DNA of 64,000 bases from Methanotrichaceae archaeon (GTDB taxonomy: Archaea; Halobacteriota; Methanosarcinia; Methanotrichales; Methanotrichaceae): NCBI GenBank assembly GCA_963754945.1, contig CAVWIG010000018.1, positions 132,031 through 196,030 on the forward strand, read 5' to 3'. A program made the position numbers and the translations under genes. The notes below the pieces were generated by a model, which was not told the origin of the DNA, did not search any database, and saw only the letters and a program-made list of their open reading frames with translations. Shown one piece after another: positions 21,859-31,249 of this stretch (the first letter of the stretch is position 1; each line of letters opens with the position of its first letter).

Positions 21859-23129
21859 GGCAGTGTAACGATTTTTCTGTACTTTGATAATAAGAATGAT
21901 TATCGGCCCTGTATCCTATCCAATCTTGAGAAAAGGAGGACACAGGACCATGATACCCATAGCACTCTTGGAAGATTACCTTATCGATCAGGAAGATGGA
22001 CTAAAGAAGCTTCTGACCTGGTTCTTGAACCTTGTAATGCAGCTAGAAGCGGCGCAACAGGCAGATGCAGAACCGTATCAGAGAGTCGAATCCCGAAAGG
22101 CACATAGGAATGGCTACAAGGAAAGATCTCTGAAGACGCGAGTTGGAGAGCTCCGACTCAAGAAACCTCAATTCCGTGAAATTTCCTTCGAAACCAAGGT
22201 GTTCGACAGATTTTCGCGCGTAGAGAAGGCTTTGGTCAACGCTGTACTCGAATCGTATCTCCAGGGGGTTTCAACCAGGAGAATCCAAGATATTGTCTCT
22301 CGATTTGGCATCGAGAATTTATCTGCCTCTAGCGTTTCCAGGATATCCAAAGAGCTTGACGAGAAGGTAGAAGAATTCCTGAAGAAACCTATCGAACGTC
22401 CTATTCCTTATCTTTATGTAGATGCAAGCTACTTCAAAGTAAGAACAGAATCAAGATATGTTACCAAAGCTTTCATGATCGTCACAGGTGTTAGAGATGA
22501 CGGTTATCGCGAGATACTTGGCGCAAGAATAGCTGACAGTGAAGATGAACTCTTCTGGTCGGGATTATTTCAAGATCTGGCGGATCGTGGGTTGTCCGGA
22601 GTAAAGCTCGTGATATCAGATGGTCATAAGGGAATCCAGAAAGCGGTTGAGAAATCATTTCTTGGTGCTTCATGGCAAATGTGTCACGTTCACTTTTCAA
22701 GAGCGGTCTTGAGAAACGTTGCCAAGAAGTATCATAAGGAGATCGCCGATAAGATCAAGATCGCTCTGGAAGACGAAATCAAGATACAGGACTTAGCGAA
22801 AGAATTGAGGGAAAGAGGTTATGCGAAATCTGCTGACACTATCGACCGCTTCAGATTCAGTCTGTGGAATTACAGGGCATTCCCCAGAGGTCACTGGAGA
22901 AGGATTCGGACTACAAACGGGCTGGAGAGGATCAACAAGGAGCTGAAAAGAAGATCCAGGGTAGTCGGTGCCTTCCCAAGTGAGAGCTCGTTCATGAGGT
23001 TAGGGGTTTCGATCCTCATCGATATCAACGAAGAATGGCTGACCGCTAAAAAGTATTTATCTATGGATGCTGATTGAGTATGTTGGGATACAGGGCAACT
23101 CCAAATTACAGAAATCTCGGCACACTACC
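21859..23129 (+). mobile_element. IS256-family element (copy 1), transposase 21950-23077
   Basis: Ends GGCAGTGTAACG / CGGCACACTACC; motifs YLQGVSTR, LYVDASY, ISDGHKG, TTNGLERINKE. Confidence 0.92.
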
Positions 23130-23290
23130 CCAAGAGCTACATTTGCTGAAGTGTTGATGGTTAGACCTGGGGTATTTATTTCATTTAAAACAGCCTCGCC
23201 TTTTGCGCCACTTAGATCTACTTGCGCAATTGCTCCATAGATTAAGGCCATTGTCAAAAGGATTATGCTTCCGATCACCAGATTTCTCAT
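23130..23290 (-). pseudogene. N-terminal half of a small secreted protein split by IS256; C-terminal half at 26526-26633 (+)
   Basis: MRNLVIGS...SANVALG continues ALGGSENVSAASPL...GWLPS* across the inverted TSD GCTCTTGG. Confidence 0.8.
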
Positions 23291-23421
23291 ATCAGTTCTC
23301 CCTGAAATCTCTCATCAAAGTAGGCCTTCATACGAATTTAGCGGATATAAAGAGATGGTACGGCTTCGATTATATTAAAGAACCATGCCTTGCTAAGTTC
23401 TGGCTTCTACGTAGTCTTGAT

Positions 23422-23772
23422 TTACATTCCTTTCTTCAAAATCATTGTAAATCCTTTAGTGCTAGATGTTATGTTTTGCGTCATTGATCCGTAATAGTAA
23501 CTGCTTCCTATAGCCACTGAAGCACTAAAAGTATGCACGCCCAAAGTTGCCCCATTTATGTCAAAATATAAATATCCATTGTCATTTGTCGTCCCCATGT
23601 ACTGATTATCTCTTGATACATCAGCATTAGAAGCCGGGGAAGTGTTTCTTATTGATCCAGCATCATTTGAGTATAGCACTCTTATAATGCCTATATCAGT
23701 ATCTGCCATCGTAACGGGTATTGAGAGCAGTAAGCAACAGGCCAATACTGCAAAGGCGAGTTCATTAATCAT
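23422..23772 (-). CDS. small secreted protein, beta-sandwich-like
   Basis: Signal peptide; YMGTTNDNGYLYF motif typical of Ig/carboxypeptidase-regulatory-like folds. Confidence 0.65.
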   Translation of the reverse strand: MINELAFAVLACCLLLSIPVTMADTDIGIIRVLYSNDAGSIRNTSPASNADVSRDNQYMGTTNDNGYLYFDINGATLGVHTFSASVAIGSSYYYGSMTQNITSSTKGFTMILKKGM

Positions 23773-23828
23773 TCCTTAATTGACCCCCTGAAAGAAGCGA
23801 GGCATATCTAAAAATAAAGCATAGCCGT

Positions 23829-24239
23829 TCAAGTGTATGGCGGGTTTTGGATCAATATGGGTTGGCCTGTTTCTTGAGCGACGGCATATGGGTCCTCTAG
23901 CATATAGGGAGACGAAAGCTGGGCTTCAGTCAGATGACTAGGATTATTTTCGGGAGCATTCAAAGTTGCATTCCCAATGATAGGAGTTGGATTGGTAACA
24001 AAGGCAGGAGTTATCAGCACGGAATTACCGTCGCCCAGTGATTCCAATTTGCCATTCATGAGTATGTGTCCTATGGGAGTTACTCCCCAGTCCCAGAGGC
24101 CTGACGAATTCGGTATTGTGTTCTTATTTCCAGAATTGTTAAGCCAGGTCTGCCCATAGTTTCCGCCAACATTAACCGGCAAACTTACCGATGGGATTAT
24201 CAGCAGTGCAAGGCAGAGAAAAACTAGCGATGTCTTCAT
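23829..24239 (-). CDS. small secreted protein
   Basis: MKTSLVFLCLALLII signal peptide after GAGGA RBS; GQTWL, LWDWG and EDPYAVAQETGQP motifs. Confidence 0.7.
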   Translation of the reverse strand: MKTSLVFLCLALLIIPSVSLPVNVGGNYGQTWLNNSGNKNTIPNSSGLWDWGVTPIGHILMNGKLESLGDGNSVLITPAFVTNPTPIIGNATLNAPENNPSHLTEAQLSSPYMLEDPYAVAQETGQPILIQNPPYT

Positions 24240-24905
24240 TGGAGATTCCTCACCATTTACATTTTTGGTGTTTCGAGCATTTAAAGACGTGGTATAGCTC
24301 ATATAAAATCTCAAAATAGCATACTTAACTTGACTTTTCAGCTTGGTCAAACCTAAGCTGGGCAGACCTTTGATGCTGCAGAAAAAGATCTATATCCCTG
24401 GGCCAGGACTTCGGGATAGAGCATTCGGGTTTAAGGAGGCTTTACAACCTTTACAAATCTAGGTTTGCCTTAACAAGCTTCAATTCCTTCAACTTCTAGG
24501 AGTCAACCTTCAATCTCCGTACCTTCTGCATCTGGCCAAAATTTTCCAATCGATTGGATCGCAAGGTAACAAAAACAGTGGGTAATTTTCTGGCACCCAG
24601 GAGGGTTTGTCACATTGTCACACCCTGCACTTGTCATCTCAATTTTGTCAATTCATGTCAACGAGTCATGTCCATTAATGTCCAGTTGTCCATCTTGCAT
24701 AAACAGACAAATTATACAAATCTTAGACATAAAAAGAAAGCTTCTACCAAAAACCGTTATACATAGGCTTGATGATTAGAAACATATGCCCTGGGAGTCT
24801 GTTAATTGTGTTAATTTTGTGTAACAATGTAAATTCCACGATTTAGCAGAACGGCTAATCAATAAGGCAATCTAATCAAGGCATTCCTGGAAGCATATTA
24901 TATAA

Positions 24906-25254
24906 GAGAGTTTCGAAAAACTAATCAATCGAAATACTTATATACTATTAATACTATAATATAATGCATGAGGACTCTCATTGATTTTGCCATTCGAGCA
25001 GAATATGCTCGAGTAAAAGCCCTCGGAGATGATCTATCCGAGATCGGATCGTTGATCAATTGGGAGCGTTTCAGATTTTTGGAACCATTGATATACAAAA
25101 ATAAAACTAGCCGCGGAGGTCGTCCGAACATTGACATCGTGATTATGGTGAAAGCTCTCGTAATTCAGCATTGGTTTGGTCTAACAGATCCAGAACTGGA
25201 GCGACAGGTTGCGGATAGGATCTCTTTTCGTATTTTCCTTGGCACCACTGAAGT
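24906..25254 (+). mobile_element. IS5 5' fragment truncated by IS256
   Basis: Matches 16795-17143. Confidence 0.9.
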
Positions 25255-26525
25255 GGTAGTGTGCCGAGATTTCTGTAATTTGGAGTTGCCCTGTATCCCA
25301 ACATACTCAATCAGCATCCATAGATAAATACTTTTTAGCGGTCAGCCATTCTTCGTTGATATCGATGAGGATCGAAACCCCTAACCTCATGAACGAGCTC
25401 TCACTTGGGAAGGCACCGACTACCCTGGATCTTCTTTTCAGCTCCTTGTTGATCCTCTCCAGCCCGTTTGTAGTCCGAATCCTTCTCCAGTGACCTCTGG
25501 GGAATGCCCTGTAATTCCACAGACTGAATCTGAAGCGGTCGATAGTGTCAGCAGATTTCGCATAACCTCTTTCCCTCAATTCTTTCGCTAAGTCCTGTAT
25601 CTTGATTTCGTCTTCCAGAGCGATCTTGATCTTATCGGCGATCTCCTTATGATACTTCTTGGCAACGTTTCTCAAGACCGCTCTTGAAAAGTGAACGTGA
25701 CACATTTGCCATGAAGCACCAAGAAATGATTTCTCAACCGCTTTCTGGATTCCCTTATGACCATCTGATATCACGAGCTTTACTCCGGACAACCCACGAT
25801 CCGCCAGATCTTGAAATAATCCCGACCAGAAGAGTTCATCTTCACTGTCAGCTATTCTTGCGCCAAGTATCTCGCGATAACCGTCATCTCTAACACCTGT
25901 GACGATCATGAAAGCTTTGGTAACATATCTTGATTCTGTTCTTACTTTGAAGTAGCTTGCATCTACATAAAGATAAGGAATAGGACGTTCGATAGGTTTC
26001 TTCAGGAATTCTTCTACCTTCTCGTCAAGCTCTTTGGATATCCTGGAAACGCTAGAGGCAGATAAATTCTCGATGCCAAATCGAGAGACAATATCTTGGA
26101 TTCTCCTGGTTGAAACCCCCTGGAGATACGATTCGAGTACAGCGTTGACCAAAGCCTTCTCTACGCGCGAAAATCTGTCGAACACCTTGGTTTCGAAGGA
26201 AATTTCACGGAATTGAGGTTTCTTGAGTCGGAGCTCTCCAACTCGCGTCTTCAGAGATCTTTCCTTGTAGCCATTCCTATGTGCCTTTCGGGATTCGACT
26301 CTCTGATACGGTTCTGCATCTGCCTGTTGCGCCGCTTCTAGCTGCATTACAAGGTTCAAGAACCAGGTCAGAAGCTTCTTTAGTCCATCTTCCTGATCGA
26401 TAAGGTAATCTTCCAAGAGTGCTATGGGTATCATGGTCCTGTGTCCTCCTTTTCTCAAGATTGGATAGGATACAGGGCCGATAATCATTCTTATTATCAA
26501 AGTACAGAAAAATCGTTACACTGCC
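25255..26525 (-). mobile_element. IS256-family element (copy 2, inverted), transposase 25307-26434
   Basis: Same protein and ends as copy 1. Confidence 0.92.
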
Positions 26526-26752
26526 GCTCTTGGGGGTTCGGAGAACGTTTCGGCTGCTTCTCCACTAAGTCAATTAGACCAAATGAGTCAGGAAGTATTA
26601 TTCGGCGATATGAGCGGATGGCTACCTAGCTAAAAGCTTTACTTCTGGATGTCAAGAATTCTAAAGAGGAGTAAAATCCAGCTACTCGCCTCTTTCAATT
26701 ACCCAAATCCATTTTTAGACGAATGGCTATTATTGCAATTAGAGGTTCAACC

Positions 26753-28553
26753 ATGAAATTGCTAATTGGCATAGTGTCCTTGTTATTGGTAATTGGCATA
26801 GCGACATCTGTACCGGGCAATTCTTCCGTCAAAAGCATAATACCGGGTAGCATAGCGAGGAATATCACAAATCGTATGTGTTTAGCTGGTTAGCTTTGCC
26901 GTTAGCATTTGGAGACAATCCAGATCTTTCTGTCCCCAGGTTGCCAGCACCGTCATGATTCGCTCGTGAATCGATGTCCCTTTTTCATTGCGCAGCGTGC
27001 CCAAGATCTTTCTCAAAACGACATGGGGTCGCAACGCTCTCTCTGCTCTATTATTGGTCGGCTCTACGCCCGGATTAATGATAAACGTGAACCAGTAATT
27101 GAATCCGTTGCTAATTTTACCGATGAATTTTTGGATTATTTCTAGAGGATACTCTTTCATGATCCATTGCTTTAGCGCTTCTCGTGCCGAATGCCATAAA
27201 TCCGCTCGGATTTCTGGTGGAGGATCACTTTCCAGAGCTTTAGTCAATGATTCATAAAGCGTTTTTAGCGCTTCATGCAACGGAATCGCTTCCTCGAACT
27301 TCTCGGCAAGGTCTTTCGATTCTCGAAGTAGATGGGCCCAACATCGTTGCAAGCGATTTGTGAATTTAGCATAAGGTTTCCACCCATCGCATACGATTAT
27401 TCCCTTGAATCTCCGTGTCAGAACTTCCGTCAGAACCTTCATGCCTCGGCTCTTTCGAATCACGAAAAATGTCTCAGATTGTGTGGTAAATGTCCAGATC
27501 CAGTGTTTTTCTCCCTGGACGTGGATTGACGTTTCGTCTACGTAGAGAATCGGAGCATCTCGAATTTTGTTTAAAATCGCATCGTATTCAGATCTAACGG
27601 CATCAGCAGCGCGCCGGGTTAAATCAAGTATCGTAGCAGGACTTATTTTCAGCCCATACAGTCTCTTCAGAGCGTCTCGGATTTTTCTGTGAGGCAGTCT
27701 ATCTTCGTATCTGAATAGTGTCGCCAGTGAGATTATGTTTTTACCAAATTTACCTTCGTGTGGGCAGTCAGAATTGCCTGCAACAACTTCTTTTTGGCAG
27801 CAGGGACATCTGTAATGCGCGATTTTGTATTCAGTGACGGTGATAGGTTGAGGTTCCGGAATTTCTTCAATAATCTTCGAATCAATTCGAAAAGGAAGGC
27901 CAAGTTCTGCTCCGCAATCTGGGCACAGATCCATTGTAACTTCCACTTGCTTATCTGGAGTCGCATAAGGTCTCGCTAAACCTTTGTGCCCACTCTTTTG
28001 ACCGGGATTTCCCTTGAGGTTCTTATCCTGACTTATTCTTTGATTCCGCCCTCGTCTTAGACTTGGTGGAGTATGTGCATTCTCATATTGAACTAGTCGA
28101 GCCTCAAGTTCTCGTATTTTTGCCTTAAGCAACTCATTCTCACGCTTTAAAAGCTCATTCTGTTCCCGAAGTTGCTTATTGATCTCTCCTTCGTCCATAA
28201 TCCCATTTGAGGATTATTATTATTATATTATTTAATTTTTCTGGTCAAAATGGGTTAGGCAATTTTGGATTAATTCACGTGGGAGCTAAACACATACCAC
28301 AAATCAAACGAATAATTCGATAAATCAAACAAACATCACGATTCGAGTGAATAACTCGAACCAGACAAATACAACGACCCCTCGATCAGTTCTGAGGAGC
28401 AATGGGATAATTCGGTTAGACACGGCAACACCATTAAAGGCTGCCTTTGAGTCTGAACCACAAAGTTCTCCTGGCTCTGCGGTAGATAGAGTGGCGGAGG
28501 GTGCTGTTATGGGAACGCCATCACAGGCAGCCTTTGAATCTTCTGTGTTTTGA
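26753..28553 (+). pseudogene. small secreted Asn/Thr-rich protein interrupted by IS66
   Basis: MKLLIGIVSLLLVIG...ARNITN joins QTNNSINQTNITIRVNNSNQTNTT...AAFESSVF* across the TSD. Confidence 0.75.
26874..28297 (-). mobile_element. IS66-family single-gene element, transposase 26882-28198
   Basis: TIR GTATGTGTTTAGCT; 8-bp TSD CACAAATC; motifs CPDCG, YVDET, VCDGW, QRCWAHLLR, PTNNRAERALR. Confidence 0.93.
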
Positions 28554-28961
28554 GTTCCATTATCGTAACAATTTAATTCCTTCTTTTCATATATTCGAGA
28601 ACGTGAGAAGGTTATGGGTGTCCTTTCCAGTGGCTACCCTCTTCTACATAACCCAAATCTTGAAGCATAGCCGAGATGTGCTCCTTTCGAGGTGGTCTGC
28701 CTCTCTTCGCCAGCTCTTCATTGATCTGTGAGACAGTGAACCCTGGCGGCAAACTCTTTGTTGCTGCCTTGACTATCGAGTACGCAGGGCCGCAACTTGA
28801 GCAGAAGCGGCTAAAATATGTACCGTGACCTTTGCCGATAGGATCGCCATCGACGATGCCGGTAGTTAAGGTTGAACGGCTTAATTGAGGGTTGAGGGTT
28901 CAATTGGAAGATTTGAGCGTTAGGAAGTATGGAAGTTTGTTCAATTTGGGATGCTCCAGTA

Positions 28962-30014
28962 TTATTCAGCTTCCTTTTTGCTTGGAGGTAGCAATCTCTT
29001 TACTTCCTGCTCGAACTCCCTTTCAGCCGATTCATCGTTCTCCTTAATTTGTCGTTGGCTAAAGACCTGATACTGCTCCAATGCACGATGCTTTGCGTCC
29101 TCCATAGAGATGTGCCCACTGTGCTCCAGTATTGCTCGCTGGTTGAATTGAAGGAATGCATTCAGTTTCTCGCGCCAGTCTTTCATATAGACTGGATTTC
29201 TACGGCTAGCCTGATCTTCGGCGTAATCCAACCACATGGTCACGAGGCGATTGAGATTGGTAATCTCTTCCTGCCGGAGGTAATTCTTGGCAACGACTAC
29301 ATCGGCCTGGTGGACACGAGCACCTTTCCAGCTAGTCAGACCCATATTGTTTTTGGATGCATCCGCTCTTTCGGCAATTAGTTCCGCGGCAGTACAGCCG
29401 CTGATGGCCCAATGAAGCTTATTCTGCACGATGCTGAAGAATTCCTTGGTGCTTTCGGCCCTTGGATCGTAATCCGCAGATAGAGTAAAGATATCGCGAA
29501 CCTTCTGATAAAAGCGCTTTTCTGAGGCCCGAATGTCACGAATGCGCTCTAAGAGTTCGTCGAAATAGTCTGCGCCGAGGGCTTTACCCTCTTTGAGCCG
29601 CTCGTCATCTAATGCGAATCCTTTAATCAGGTATTCGCTTAGGCGCTCAGTGGCCCACTTGCGGAATTGCATGCCTCGGTGGCTTCGAACCCGGTAGCCA
29701 ACAGCAAGGATCATGTCCAGGTTATAGAAATCTAACAGCCGCTCGACTTGGCGTCCGCCCTCGGTTTGAACTATTAGGAATTTCCTAATAGTTGCCTCTG
29801 GGTAAAGCTCGTGGTCGCCATATATAGTCGAGATATGCTCATTGATTGTAGGCACAGCTACCTGATATAATTCCGCCATAAGACGCTGATTCAGCCACAC
29901 AGTCCCATCATGTAAACGCACTTGTATGCGAGATGCGCCGTCCTCCATTTGGTAGAGGACAATGCTGGTGTCAGGTGCGGGAATGCCTCGTTGGCCGTTC
30001 ATGTTAGTCTCCAT
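28962..30014 (-). CDS. rhuM: RhuM-family (virulence RhuM) DNA-binding protein
   Basis: TVWLNQRLMAELY, YNLDMILAVGYRVRS, QFRKWAT, DYFDELLERIRDIRASEKRFYQK, VQNKLHWA. Confidence 0.9.
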   Translation of the reverse strand: METNMNGQRGIPAPDTSIVLYQMEDGASRIQVRLHDGTVWLNQRLMAELYQVAVPTINEHISTIYGDHELYPEATIRKFLIVQTEGGRQVERLLDFYNLDMILAVGYRVRSHRGMQFRKWATERLSEYLIKGFALDDERLKEGKALGADYFDELLERIRDIRASEKRFYQKVRDIFTLSADYDPRAESTKEFFSIVQNKLHWAISGCTAAELIAERADASKNNMGLTSWKGARVHQADVVVAKNYLRQEEITNLNRLVTMWLDYAEDQASRRNPVYMKDWREKLNAFLQFNQRAILEHSGHISMEDAKHRALEQYQVFSQRQIKENDESAEREFEQEVKRLLPPSKKEAE

Positions 30015-30466
30015 CCAATCGAGATAATTACCATCAATGCCTAAAGAGAGTTTCCATATCTTGGCTTGGGATGCTGCGATAGCTTTCCAGGCTTTTGAGG
30101 CTTAAACAATGGTACAAACACTTCATTATGCAGAGGCTTAAAAATGGACCAAACCTTTCGAAAAAACTCAAGAAGGCAAACCGCACCCTGGCTTAACAGG
30201 CCCTTGCTTAGCATCAAAAGCCGGGAAGGAAGTTTTAGCGAAGTTTGGGAAAGCTCCTTTTATTATGAACGAACTAAAATTAAGTCCCCGTGATACTTAG
30301 TAGCTCTAGAACATATGCTTCGAAAGGTTGTAAGTAAAATCGAGAGATTCGATAAGCTGATGAGGTGAGTGCGAAGGAATGGAAGGATAGGATGTACAAT
30401 GACACTTTGACATGGAATTGTTAGAATTGACATGCCCAATGCAGGATATGACATTGTTACATTTTG

Positions 30467-31165
30467 TTACACTTCCCTTTTGGCCCAGTGTTGTCTAAAC
30501 CGGATCATCGTTTTCTGGAGCGCAAGAATCGATTCACCAGCGAGGATATTAGCCTCGGTTAAAAGCCTACTATAGGTTTTATAGTGCATGTCTTTGGGTC
30601 TGGAAGTGACATAATGGCCATCTTCAAATCTTATGCTAAGCCTTCGATATATCTTTCCGGCTTTATGCGCTTGCCTCATATCTTTGGTTTTTCTCTGACT
30701 GCTGTAGGTTAAATTGTGGCAATGCCTACATAAAAAATATCCTTTCCGGAGATAGAGCTTGGCTACTCTTCTCCTACATCCTTCGCTTGGACAGATGAAC
30801 CAAGGTCGTTTTCCTCCATAATTGCACGTTGTCCAGGAAAGAGGTACTCTGCAGTTCACATTTTGTCTCTGTCCATTAATGGTTGTGGCGTATGACAGCT
30901 CAATGGTCTCTGGACTCGTTTCAATGCGGATATTACTTCCATCCCGCCAACTGCATATGCAGCTTCGGCAATTATCCAAGCCTCCCTTTTTGTTGAGAAA
31001 GCGAACATCGAGTTCTAGGTACTTTTCAACTAAGTGTTTGCTACTAAATCTGAGCCAGTTTCCAGATCCCAATCCACCCATATAAAACTCCGTTTTATCG
31101 AAATCATTAGGTAAATTCGAAATTTGACACAACTTCCGCAACAGCAGACCATGCTCAATTTCCAA
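30467..31165 (-). CDS. zinc-finger hypothetical protein of mobile elements
   Basis: YGGKRPWFICP...CRRRVAKLY...CRHCHNLTYSSQ, RPKDMHYKTY. Confidence 0.7.
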   Translation of the reverse strand: MEIEHGLLLRKLCQISNLPNDFDKTEFYMGGLGSGNWLRFSSKHLVEKYLELDVRFLNKKGGLDNCRSCICSWRDGSNIRIETSPETIELSYATTINGQRQNVNCRVPLSWTTCNYGGKRPWFICPSEGCRRRVAKLYLRKGYFLCRHCHNLTYSSQRKTKDMRQAHKAGKIYRRLSIRFEDGHYVTSRPKDMHYKTYSRLLTEANILAGESILALQKTMIRFRQHWAKREV

Positions 31166-31249
31166 ATTTGTCCATATTATCGATTGGCTTTCTTTAACTT
31201 TGCGTTCATGTTAAGCCTTGGCTGGGTTGCCTTAAACTAGAATGGCTTC

